Of a stretch of DNA of 64,000 nt, positions 12,054 to 46,960 are shown piece by piece. Both the position numbers and the translations under genes were made by a program. Source of the stretch: Tubulanus polymorphus (taxonomy: Eukaryota > Animalia > Nemertea). Under the pieces are notes generated by a model, which was not told the origin of the DNA, ran no database searches, and worked only from the letters and a program-made list of their open reading frames with translations. The stretch covers positions 21,198,950 to 21,262,949 of the forward strand of contig NC_134029.1 in the NCBI RefSeq assembly GCF_964204645.1, in the 5' to 3' direction. The stretch's first letter is position 1; the number at the start of each line of letters is the position of its first letter.

Positions 12054-15000
12054 ATGAGTGAAGTCGGGGATGATGATAGGGACGTTTGGTTCAATGAAGA
12101 ATATTCATTCGACACAGACAGTGGTAAGTTGGTAGCGCTGTACCTCTAGAATAAGTTTATAATATATATTCTAAATCATTTAACTTGGTTACGCTGATCC
12201 GTAGTTTGCATATCCAGTTATATTAACAATGATTTATATTTGAATTCATAGATTTACGTAGCATAATGCAATAGTTTCTTTGAACTATATATTCTTCAAG
12301 GCACTTATCGTACCATCGTCGTTAGAATTTGTAAACGCTACTTCCAAGTTGCTTGTACTTCATTGAGACTTACGACTCCCAGGCGATATGACAAACAAAA
12401 CAATTTGTGGATCTCCGCTTTTTCAGACGAGGGCGATTCCGTTAGTTCGGAAAAGGATGGCGCCATTGTTATCTATGAAACCGCTTGCAGAAGATGCTCT
12501 ACACAGTGCATTAAACAAGTTAAAGATCAAATAAATCGGAAACGCGTCAACTTGGAAAACCATAGCCTCGGCGAAAACGACATCAAAGCACTGTGTATAT
12601 CATTAGTGGTAATGTCTGTAAAAAGATACTGTTTGATAATGGACTCTGAAACTATTATCTTCATTTTAGAGTCCACGGTTTAATGATCCACCATGAAAGG
12701 ATGGACATGTGTATTTATCCCGATCCCGGTTCGACCTTCTCGTGTATTCATAGGCCACGTCGATGACGAATACTTTTGCGATCTGTTCCTCAACAACTAT
12801 ATATTTGTAATTAGTCTAACTCAATCATGATGTAAATCGTGATACTTTTACTGTGAGATTGTTTATACTGTCTACGATTAGAATAATTTACCACCGATAC
12901 CGATAGATTTCAGTCTGTGACATTTTTTCGCAGGGAAATGTCACCGTGACTGACTTGAACTTGTCCGGAAACAATATCGGCTCTCGCGAGGCTTCTTGGA
13001 TTGCGCAAGTTATATCCGAAAACCAGTACATATCTCGTTTGGTAAGTGCGCATAACGGATATTCATTAACGATAACAAAAATAAGGATTTTTGACCACAC
13101 TTTCCAGCCATACTGCTCAAAAATAAGCAATGCGATGTAACATAGTCCCGAACTGGAAAATGATAGGATATACAGCCTAAAATAATGTATGATATGACAA
13201 TTATCGTGTATGTCCAGAATTTTGATAAGCTCCGCTGATGTCCTCGGTATTATCAATTCTAGAATCTGGCAGACAATCACATATCAGGTGAAGGAATGAA
13301 ATGCCTTGCTTCAATATTACGGAAAAATAGACGAATAAGTTTACTCAATTTGGCAGGTCAGTCTCAAATGCGACCGTCTAAAACCATCTAGAAATTTCAC
13401 GTTTTTCACGATTTAACTTTTGTTGAATACTTGTCAACTGATTCTACCATTTTCATCTTTTTGAAATTTTTAGGCAATTCAATGGTAGAAGGTGATGCCG
13501 TATATATAGCTACAGTAATCAAGGTAATTTGCTTTGATAATCAAATTTTTCTCATTTTAACACTCTACATAATATGTGGTATGTTTTGTACAGTTCAACT
13601 CGGCGATTAAAGAACTTTACTTAAGTCATAATGAATTCAGAGAGAGTGGAGGTGAAATATTGGGTCCAGCATTAGGTAAACTATTAGTGTAACGGTATAG
13701 TCTGATCTTTGAGCTTTTCATCTTTACAAGCTACATCTTATGAGCACCGATTCGTGATTTCAGGGGAAAATAAAACCATCGAAAAACTTGATTTAAGTTG
13801 GAATCACCTACGAATGAAAGGAGCTGTAGCGATTGCTAAATGTTTACAGGTAATAATGAAAAACATCTGACAAAGCGCTCTGGGCATTGTCGTTGCGCCT
13901 CGATATTGGTCTATTCACTCCTAGGAAATATTTTCACAAACTTAGTTCACCCAACATAAGCGATACATTTCTCAAGGTTGCCGTTTACTGGAACAACACG
14001 AGAATAGTGCAGAGAACAGCAGATGACTTTGATAATGCCTCTTCTCAACCTACCACAGAACGAGTCTTGGAGAGAATTTCCCACTGCCAGGCCTGGTCAA
14101 CGCTCGTATAAAATACTGAATGTAACGACTTATGTTCATGTTTGTTAGATTGGAACCCTTGAAAACCATATTCCACTTTCGACTTATACATGAAATAAGA
14201 TTAATACATGTTATTCTTTCTAGCTCCGTTACAAAACTACACAAAACATTCTATCAGGAATAAGATTTTTTACTGTAATATGGTCGTAGTTGACGTTGAA
14301 ATATGAATCAAATCATTATTTGTAATATGAATTCCAGTTCAACGTTGGTTTGCGTTCGTTGAATCTTGCGTGGAACGGTTTTTGGGTCGAAGGATGCCAA
14401 CAATTCCAGATATCCCTTGAGAAGAACCGTACGTTACGTGAACTTGACCTTTCCGCAAACAGAATCGAAGCCAAAGCATTAGCTTACCTAATAAAAGGTG
14501 TTTGCAAAAATTCGACTCTAAGGACATTAAGGGTAAGTGGGTATATCAATGATTCTTCTGTAAGTATCTAGATTCAGAAACATTCACTACAGTACAGTTT
14601 CATCTGTAAATGAAATAGCATTTCTAGTCATTTCTCGTAGCTGGGTGGAAACCCCATTCATTGTGAGTTGGCCACGAAAATATTACGTGAATACGAGAGC
14701 GCTCCAAATTGTGGACTGCGGACCCTAGATATTACAGTAAGGAAGCATTTCAAAAAGATTCAGAATTCCGATTAATCGAGATAAATGATGTATACTTTTA
14801 TTTTTTTCGATAGAATGTTTCGATTGAAGATGATTTCCAAACTCTACTTTCGAAAATTCAGAAGTTACGTCCGCTGACAGTAGTTCACGGAACTGTTGTG
14901 AATATCTGCCGGCGCGGGCTTATTCGACAAATGTCGGTCTTCGACATGCCAACCGATCCATTACTGGTTCTATTCGAATATATGAAACAATCGAATTTGA

Positions 15001-15609
15001 GATTGGTGGATTTTTTCCACGTTTTAGACAAGGACAGTAGCGAGACCGTGTCAAAAGCGGAGTTTCGACAAGTTTTGAAGGTAATCGAGAAGATTACTCC
15101 GTTTTATTTAACTCGACGGAATATCTCTTCAGATTTTTTTTCAAATTTCAGAGAGTGAATATTCCGATGACCGAACGAGCTTTGACTGCACTGATGAAGC
15201 GGTTAGATGCAAATAATGACGGCCAGGTCGATTTTGGGTAAGTATGACATGGAGCCCTCATCTACACGTAATACTATAGCATATCAAATGTTTTGCATAG
15301 GATGTTCTATACTATAATCAATTTCAGTATCTACAATGTATACAATGTATTTGCAGGGAATTTGTCATGGGGCACCGGGACAACTTACGGAAATTGAGCG
15401 TGATCACGGAGGATCCACTGCGGGTAGAAGAAATCGGCAAACTGAAGGTCAAGGTGAAATCATTCCTCGAGCATCGTAAAGGGAGCAAGTCGAAATCAAG
15501 TGTAAGTTCCGGTCAAAGTCTGCTTCACTCGACGGCAACGATTTCTAAAGAGCCAACAGTCTCGAAGACAAATGAATCGAATGTTAGGGAACAATGGCGT
15601 CTAATTTGA
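12054..15609 (+). CDS. LRRC74-like protein (RI-type leucine-rich repeats plus C-terminal EF-hand pair), multi-exon
   Basis: Exons encode LNLSGNNIG, LDLADNHISGEG, LYLSHNEFRESGGEILG, LDLSWNHLRMKGAVAIA and LNLAWNGFWVEG, then the EF-hands LDKDSSETVSKAEF and LDANNDGQVDFGEF. This architecture matches LRRC74A/B. Confidence 0.82.
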
Positions 15610-17259
15610 TTCAATCAAAGAAGGAAATGTGAAGAAATAGATCTCGGATATGATTGATAAATAAAACAAACAAAGCGTTCATCTATCAAATCAATGAACA
15701 TTATTGATAATATCAAGGATATAGTTTATTTTGTTGTCGTCAATTCTATTAACAAACTTGTTTAGCAGTACAAACAAAATGAGATTGAGGTTGATAATAT
15801 GTATACTATTTCTACAATAGATTATTTTTACACTTTCCAGTATTTTTCCGGTTTCAATGTATCATACAAATTTTTGTAGTATAGTTTATATATACTATGC
15901 ACTTTACTACAAATACAAATGTACAGCAATGAAACGGACAAGATAACGAATGAACACTAAACGTAGAATTCAACTGGAAAATCATGGAAAGAGTCCTCTA
16001 GTTTACGAGTTTATACGTGACATCTATTTCACAAATCATAACAAATTACAATCTGAGCTACGCACTTGTACTTGTAAGAGCAACCAGATTTCAGTAGGAG
16101 TCGACATATTTGTACGATGTGCACCAATAATTAAGTAGTGATTATGTTTTGTTTTTTTGTCACTCGTTCCTTCACTAAGCTTTCTTCGACACGAAAAAGT
16201 TGTTCAATATCATCACGGCATTTTACGAAAAGAAGTATCGTACATGCAGCGGAATTACTCGGTGAAATCTGATTCGATGACCGTGGAAATTACATGGAAA
16301 TTATTGCTATGATCGGCGTGGAATGCTTGAAAAGGGCTGTTTATTTATGTCTGTTTATTCTTAATTCGTAATAATGAATTCGTTACAGCAATACAATGAA
16401 TGGAATATCAAAACTCATTTCGCAGTACCATCTTACATCACGTGGTATATTTACAATATCATAAGCACACGTTTTGTTGCATTTATATTTTGTGAACATC
16501 AATCAGGATTTGTTATATTTACATAATGCGGAGATGTTTACCGAGACAAATGAAATACTAGCCTGGCGATATTTCCGCGATACACGTCTCGCATTTTCTT
16601 TTAAGGTACGACGATAGCGCGTGGATGACAACATCAACAACAAAACATTACGACTGAGTACCGAAAACTGACATAAGAACTTACGTTGCAACCGTGTTTC
16701 AGAAAGTACACGGTTGCCATCGGAGGCCCGAGGACAATGAATGAATATAGATATCAGTGTATTTATCGGAGGCTGTGGACTTCGAAATATGAAATGAATG
16801 CAATCTGATGAGTTGTACCGAAACTCAAACACCAAACGGATGTTTTCAGAAGCTTCTTATCCGAGCCGCTTGCTGTGTTTTAAGCAACAGAGATAATTAT
16901 ATCATAGATCGCTTTCAAAAATTCCAGAAGGAATACAGTAATTCATTCACTTGCACCTCACCGACCGAATGAGGTAGGGATACTAGGATATGTTCGGTTA
17001 AGTAAAGATGCCGAGCGCTGATATATTTATATACATATGTATGTTATTATCAAGGACCAGAAATGAAAGAATACAGTTGTTTCTCAGTATCTGAAATCGG
17101 CTCATATCGTTCGGAGCACTATCCGTGACGCGCCCAACAAAGACCTATGCCGGGGTGATTTGGCGAATGCATTTGGCCTTTTATCAACAACGCCCATACA
17201 CCTTCTGACATGACATGCGGTTTTGATTTGATCGTTTTGCTATGATGTTTGGGTTATTG

Positions 17260-39503
<22,244 letters not shown>

Positions 39504-40380
39504 GATCCAAAAAATACTTCCAACAATTCAATAATACTTAGACCCGAAAATCGTTTCTTGAAGTTCAACTGAAATATAGCCGTTTATCATCTTGCGAATG
39601 TGCAAACATCTAGGCGCAGACGAACTTCTTCCGACACTGTTATCATCTGGCTAAGTAGGTATATCCTTTTTGTCAAAAATATCTATCCCGTTTTTGTAAT
39701 TCCTACAGCGTTAACATTTTATCCAGGGCGATAATCTTTATGCAGTTTATAATTGAATGTTGAACCAGCAGCAGATTGCTGATTCTGAATCGCGGCAATA
39801 CTCGCGTTGGTGACTGCTGTTTTTCACTGTGGGATAAGTCTCATTCACTGGTGCTACCATCTACTGGATCCAGTTAGTACTTACAGCGTGCAGACCAAGC
39901 GCCAAATGACCACAATACCCGCGTAATTTTATTCATGTAGTCAGTTCAACTTTGCAATTCGTAGAAACGAATATTACCGATAAACATAATATCTATGAAT
40001 TACTACTGGTGTTTCAGTCACAGGTTGACGAAATTAAATTCATTTCGTTTCTAATACGACCGATACCCACAGGTGATAGTCGACGTGGATATAGCATATC
40101 AAAATGCATAGACAATACTGGTCCGTATGACGAGTGCCCATGATACATGAATCAAAGTCCTGTGAACTGGTCGTATGGTCAGTACTGGCTATTGTTTTAG
40201 ACTTTCGATGACGTGGTCGTCTGGGTGTATAAAATCCAGAGCCAGACGACTCTCGCCATCTCTTTTGCTCAGACCGTGGCAGCCATCGGTTAGAAGTTGT
40301 TTAGATCCCATGAAATCGCCTAGTTTTGTTAAATTTGTTTTGGAGACGTTGCGATGGACTACAGGTGTAGAGAGAATCCC

Positions 40381-40577
40381 ACAATTATAGCGAAAAAGTC
40401 CGAAAATGTAACTTTAAGATAGTAGTTTATTCAACGTTTCGACTATATCCTAATAGTTATCTTCAGGGAATAATGGTCATCTTCATTATTCCTGAATATG
40501 ACTATTAGGATATAGTCGAAACGTTGAATAAACTACTATCTTAAAGTTACATTTTCGGACTTTTTCGCTACAATTGT
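40381..40577. mobile_element. ~95-bp-arm inverted repeat, probable inverted Penelope-like pLTR fragment with hammerhead-type core
   Basis: Near-perfect palindrome. Each arm contains CTGAA(G/T)AT-(G/A)ACTAT..ATAGTC-GAAACGTTG-AATAAA. Confidence 0.65.
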
Positions 40578-40777
40578 CTCTACATCGCGTCAACACGGAT
40601 ATAGTGTTCTATCAATCGGGATCACAGGTATTGTTCTGCAAAAGTACAATCGGTATACTCACTAACTACAGTTTAACTACAGTTTAACGACCCTTTCATG
40701 GAATGGATTTTCCAATAACCAATGATTCAAAACTATATTCGTCATTGCGTTTTCCTGTAAATGAAATAGGTAGTTTT

Positions 40778-40980
40778 AAAGCCAAACGCACACGACACGG
40801 GGAAACACAGAAACAGGGAAACAAACTTGTTTGATCTCGGTAACATTGTTCCCGAAACCAAGTTTATTAAACCTGTTTGATCTCGGTAACATTGTTCCCG
40901 AAACCATGTTTATTATTTTTTGTAAACCGCACGACACAGAGAACATGTTCTGTGTTTCCCTGCGTTATGTGCGTTTTACT
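40778..40980. mobile_element. MITE of the 34188 family, with an internal ~44-bp duplication
   Basis: AAAGCCAAACGCACACGACAC...GTTATGTGCGTTTTACT; TGTTTGATCTCGGTAACATTGTTCCCGAAACC occurs twice. Confidence 0.65.
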
Positions 40981-42900
40981 GGCGGATCGAAATCCTCATT
41001 TCTTTTGTCACTCGCTACATTTTTCACACAATATTTAAAAAGAAAATTGGCTTCATAGCACGAAAGTGCTACAGCCATTTTTCATATATATGATATCTAT
41101 CTGTCATGTCATCCGGAGCACTTCATATTCACTGTGATGCAATTCACTATAATTTAATGCATACGCATCAATAGTAACACTATGCAGCGAATTTTGTCGT
41201 AGATAAAAGCCTAGGAAATATAAATATCAGCGATTAAAAGGTTAATGGTACTCAAACGCTCATATGGATTATTGAACATTAATTACCAGGTATTCAAAAC
41301 GGGCCGTTTACAGTCATATATACATTATATATACGCATATATACATTTAAATAGAATCATTATTTCTAAAATCCTCGACTGATAAAACACGAATAAAACT
41401 TCTGCTGATTTCTGAATATTTTCCTTTGTTCGGCTAAGTGCTGCATTGGAACTTAACAATGGCTTTTAACGTTTTTTTTTTGTTGGTATTTTCCGCAAAT
41501 CTGTATTGACTGTAAAAAAGACTAGTCCACAAAGTAACGAGATAGAACCTGGTTGTGAGTTCCACTGTAGTCAGTCACTGACTTCATTAGACCCCTGTAG
41601 ATATTCTTGGGATGTTTATAGAATATCTATGATGCATTTAGTTCAATGGAAAGGAATTGAAATTTGACTCTGTTGAATGCCATGATAGTCACATGCGTGG
41701 TAGGATAACATTTTTGGATTATCATATGCAAACGAATGACGGAACACCATAACTGTGTCAGTGTATTTATTAATAAGATTTACATCAGGTATGAATTAAA
41801 ACTATACGTACGTCGTGATCATCAATTCACATTAACCCGAACGAATCGAGGTGGATAATAACGTACATAATAGAACGATGTTGAAACGCTTCAATGAAAT
41901 CATACTTGTGACAGAAATCTCAGAATTCCGGAAATTTTCTGCATTAAAAAAACAGAAGTCTGGAAAATAGAAAATTTCTGCAGAAAAATATATTAACTCT
42001 TTAAGAGAGGGCGCTGTCGCAGAATTTCGGAATTTTCTGATTGATGTTCTTGGAGCCAAGTATTGATGATTCTGAGGCGGTGATTTTGTTGCCATTCACT
42101 ATCGCAATTTTGCGCGCACGTTGAATCCGCCATCTAACGATACAATAACCATGGTCTTTTAACAGTCTCACAGTTGCTTTCAATCCGTAGTCAACTTCAG
42201 TAATGATTCGAATTTTCACAAGGTCCCGCAGTTCGAATTAATTTTTTATGATTTCAAAATTTGCTCGTCGATCGATTTTTATAAGTTCTTGTCTTGCATC
42301 GTTATCGTTAACTAGCGTAATTTGAACCTTCTGAATATTTCAGTTTTTAGACGTGAAGTTAATCATATATACTTAATTCGACGAACTGAAAAGATATTCA
42401 CCAGCGCGCATACACGCGTCGATTCTGGAACCATCTGAACGGATGTTTGTAACACTGACTTAGGTTTGAATGTTCTCCGTGTTTGGTCTAAAGCTAGGAG
42501 AAGCAGGACAACATTACCTATAAATGCTGGTTTTTCGTAACAAGGCTTTCGGGTTACAACTTGTTTAGTTGCTCAGTTAATCATTAACAGAACTCAATGG
42601 GAACCGAATGGTAAATTTTTGAGAATAATGGCAAAACTATAGTGCCACGGGCATTGCCGCAAGAAGATTTGCTTCACGTTCGAGTCCGAGATGCAAAACG
42701 AATAGGGGTACATTTTTTCCCTTTTTCCTTTCGTGAGTTTCTCGTTTGTGCTGACTTCTATAATGACGAAACGTTACTTGATATGATGCCAAATTAGCGT
42801 TTACAAAAATACGCTGTATATTGGCATGAGTTGCGGTGATTAAATAGGTGAAAAATTGATTCAAAGAGATGCGGCAAATCGGAGTGACATTTCAGTGAGC

Positions 42901-43884
42901 ATGGACGACAGTTCCGCTGCACGGTTCCGGCAAAATGCAACCGGTATGATTGAACCGTTAAGGTACCCACCGACTTGGTTCCAACAATTGAAGATCGGTG
43001 TAGTTTATGTAGTCCTACCGGTGATTTGCTTCCTGGGAAGTATCGGGAATACTCTGGCTTTATGTGTACTCGTAGCCCCGTTCTATAGGACAACATCTAC
43101 CGGTGTTTACATGATCGCTTTGGAGGTTTTCGATCTTTATGTTGTGGCCGGTACTATTCCTGTCGCGTTCGTACGAATTGTCTTTCGTAACGAACTACTC
43201 AACACCCCGTTATGCATGGTGTATATATTTACAAATATTTCAGGTAATTGTTTATCGAATTTGACTCTCGCTTTGATGAGCATAGATCGAATGATTGTCG
43301 TCGTTCTCCCGTTGAAAGCGGCACAAATTTGCACCCCGAAAAAAGCGAAAATATGTCTGATTATACTATTCCTGTTTCAAATGACCAAAGTATCTGTGAA
43401 AACATATTTTACGGAAATGAAGACCGACGAAAAAGGTGCCAAATCGTGCGTGGCATTCGATCAGTTCGGGTACATTTCCATAGTTTTTATCAAGCAATTT
43501 CACGTATTACAAGAAGTGACATTACCGGTATCTGTGATAGTGATAACCAACATCATAATTAGTATAATAATGGTTAAAAAATCGAGGATCCGCACAAAAA
43601 TAATCGCACAGAATAATAATAATAGCGAAGATTCTGTTTTCCTCAAGATGATGCTCGCTATAACGAGTACATTTCTTATTTTGCATATACCACGCTTTAT
43701 CTATTTTACTATTCCGAGTTACTCCGATCCCTTGGTGCAAGCCGCGTTCTATTGGGTCGCCTTGTCATTCACTAACGCGAATTCGGCCGTCAATTTCTAT
43801 CTGTACTGTTTAAGTTCGGCGCGTTTTAAAACATCGGTTAAGTTGATTCTCAGAAAAATATATAATATTTTATTTTTCACTTAA
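42901..43884 (+). CDS. Intronless class A (rhodopsin-like) GPCR, peptide-receptor/chemoreceptor-like, copy 1
   Basis: Seven hydrophobic segments. Motifs: TM1 GSIGN, TM2 LEVFD, TM3 Cys and DRM, ECL2 Cys, TM7 NSAVNFYLY and helix 8 SARFK. N-terminal NAT sequon; first ATG at 42901. Confidence 0.92.
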   Translation: MDDSSAARFRQNATGMIEPLRYPPTWFQQLKIGVVYVVLPVICFLGSIGNTLALCVLVAPFYRTTSTGVYMIALEVFDLYVVAGTIPVAFVRIVFRNELLNTPLCMVYIFTNISGNCLSNLTLALMSIDRMIVVVLPLKAAQICTPKKAKICLIILFLFQMTKVSVKTYFTEMKTDEKGAKSCVAFDQFGYISIVFIKQFHVLQEVTLPVSVIVITNIIISIIMVKKSRIRTKIIAQNNNNSEDSVFLKMMLAITSTFLILHIPRFIYFTIPSYSDPLVQAAFYWVALSFTNANSAVNFYLYCLSSARFKTSVKLILRKIYNILFFT

Positions 43885-45096
43885 ATACAGCAATGGAATG
43901 AAAATATAAACGCAGAGTTTAAATCAATAAGTGATAATGCAGTCACAGAGTTCATAGGCTGTAACAACTCTGGACCAAGCAAAGTGGTGACTGTATCCAA
44001 ATATGCGAATGGTAATATTGATGGGATGGTTTAATGTTCTTTGATGCCATTTCTTTGCTTCTTCTAAAACACAATTTGAAGAAGCAATTTGATCATGAGC
44101 GAGGAAATAATTTTATTGAATTCGAAATTTTCATATTCGCTCTTGCAAATTACTACGTATATATACTTAATATATTCAAAACATATTGCAGCCATGTATG
44201 GAATTTGTCAGAGCAAAAGAAGAATTGTACGCGATAGCGTAAAACATACGTATATACATGCCAGACAATGGTATCTGCTAGAATGGAGGTAAACGAATGA
44301 ATCGCAAGACATTTACAAAAGTCCTGATTAGAGAAAATGAATAGACCTATATTGTCATTATCAAATGACGGTTATAACGCTATATGTCCATGAAAATAGA
44401 ATTAATTTTGGTGCAGTCGTTTCCTTGCTGTGGTATGGTTCAATTTTAGTTTCCACCATAGGTTTGATTAGTCCAGATGTGATTTATTTCTATTCTGCCG
44501 AACTATCTTGTGGAGCGTTTAAGATTCACGTTAGATCGCTTTTTCTCTTCTCAATTTATCGTGAATCGGTTTAAAAAGTTGGGTCTATTCGAGCAAATCA
44601 CAGATCAAATACAGATAATCATTTTAACGATGTTCAACAGACACTAAAATATTCGATGATCAAGAAAGGTAAATAATTTTGCATTAAGAACACCGATTCG
44701 AAAGGATTACCTGTTATTTTGAAATTTTCTCACATGTAATTAATTGATCTGATAAACATATACATGTTCCGTACATAAAATAACGGTACTATAGGTTTTT
44801 AACAACACAGAATCATTTCCATGATATAGTTTCTAGACTTATTTTCTCTGCATTTCTAACATCAATTGAACCTGATTCAAAACTCCAGGTTCGATTACTT
44901 CAAAGCTAAGTCCTCCATTATACTACTATGTAAGTTTCTCATATTTACTGCGTATGAATAATAAGTATAGATACGCTACTGGGCTCGAAATTCGATTCGC
45001 CGCATAATATTACCTCATTATAAATTCTACGCGAGAATGTATATATATTTACTACGAGAAAAATCGAAGTCGCGAGAGTCGAATTTCTAACTTAGC

Positions 45097-46062
45097 ATGA
45101 AAAACATTTCTACAGCATGCTTGCAACTGAACACGACTGGTTTGATCGACGCGGCAACATCATCGGAGTATCCGCTTTGGTTCCGGCAGCTGAAGATCGG
45201 TGTAGTTTATGTAGTCCTACCGGTGATTTGCTTCCTGGGAAGTATCGGGAATACTCTGGCTTTATGTGTACTCGTAGCCCCGTTCTATAGGACAACATCT
45301 ACCGGTGTTTACATGATCGCTTTGGAGGTTTTCGATCTTTATGTTGTGGCCGGTACTATTCCTGTCGCGTTCGTACGAATTGTCTTTCGTAACGAACTAC
45401 TCAACACCCCGTTATGCATGGTGTATATATTAACAAATATTTCAGGTAATTGTCTATCGAATTTGACTCTCGCTTTGATGAACATAGATCGAATGATTGT
45501 CGTCGTTTTCCCGTTGAAAGCGGCACAAATTTGCACGCCGAAAAAAGCGAAAATATGTCTGATCATTCTTCTCCTGTTTCAAATGACGAGGGTTTCGATG
45601 ATAGCATATTTCATTGAAATGGAAACCAACGAAAGATGCGCCAAATCGTGCGCAGTGTTAGCTCAATTTGGTGAAATACTCAGATTTGTAAACAAGCAAT
45701 TTCACGTATTACAAGAAGTGACATTACCGGTATCTGTGATCGTGATAACCAACATCATAATTACCGTTATACTGATTAAACAATCAAGGATCCGCACAAA
45801 AATCATTGCACAAAATAATAATAGCGAAGATTCTGTTTTCTTCAAAATGATGCTCTCTATAACGAGTACATTTCTTATTTTGCATATACCACGCTTTATC
45901 TATTTTACTATTCCGAGTTACTCCGATTCCTTGGTGCAAGCCGCGTTCTATTGGGTCGCCTTGTCATTCACTAACGCAAATTCGGCCGTCAATTTCTATC
46001 TGTACTGTTTAAGTTCGGCACGTTTTAAAAGATCGGTGGACCTAATTCTTAGAAATTCATAA
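45097..46062 (+). CDS. Intronless class A GPCR, copy 2 (recent paralogue)
   Basis: Same motifs; TM1-TM3 and TM6-TM7 are nearly identical to copy 1. Confidence 0.92.
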   Translation: MKNISTACLQLNTTGLIDAATSSEYPLWFRQLKIGVVYVVLPVICFLGSIGNTLALCVLVAPFYRTTSTGVYMIALEVFDLYVVAGTIPVAFVRIVFRNELLNTPLCMVYILTNISGNCLSNLTLALMNIDRMIVVVFPLKAAQICTPKKAKICLIILLLFQMTRVSMIAYFIEMETNERCAKSCAVLAQFGEILRFVNKQFHVLQEVTLPVSVIVITNIIITVILIKQSRIRTKIIAQNNNSEDSVFFKMMLSITSTFLILHIPRFIYFTIPSYSDSLVQAAFYWVALSFTNANSAVNFYLYCLSSARFKRSVDLILRNS

Positions 46063-46960
46063 GCGGTAACATATGTATTAAATTGAATCAGATTCATGGC
46101 TAAATGTGTTCTTGTTGACCAATCTAGGTACCGAATATTTGACACTGCAATAAAGCTTGGCCCTGAATGACAGAAGAAATAAACTGAAAATAAAAAAGAT
46201 TTTAGTTTTCTCACGCGTAAAAATACAAATTTAATAATCATTTCATATACACAAACATATTTTCATAATAAATGATATTATTTGTACATGGGATTCATTG
46301 GCACGAAAAGTAGTAAGATGGCGCAACAAAGCTCTACAAGGCAGGTAATGATATTCCGGTAAAATGGATGCGAAAGGAAGAACTTCGGAAAATCCTTTTA
46401 AAGGAAAATATATAGAATCCTATACTCGATGAAATCGAATGTCACATTTATAAGTCGTTAAAAACAATGTTGTATATGCTGGAATCAATGCTATATGTGG
46501 TACATTGAAATTTTCCGAATGAAATTGGATTATCGTCTCATCCAAATCGCATTAGTCTAGTAGTACGGATACCTCCTGGCTTTCAACCCGCAGGTGGCCT
46601 CAGGTTTCCCGGAGTGGGAATCTATACTTTTGTTGATAATCGGATACACAAACCTAACAATAACATTATACATTATTTAGCACCATAAATCACTAATAAC
46701 ATAAACCTGATCTTAATATACCACTAATATACAATATTTCTCTACTATACCAAACTCTCTTGGCGACTGCTTAACGGAGTTTTGGGGTCTTCTTCGATCA
46801 AGTCGATAGATGGCGTGTTGCCACTTTCTGGTGAGGCTAGTGGCGCTAACTGGGAAGTATTACTGCCGTAGCTTCGCAGCCCGTTTAGATCTTTTACCCC
46901 AATTTCCTCCCAATTATTCGATGGACTTCGGCTTCCATCATACACAACATTGTTCTTTTG

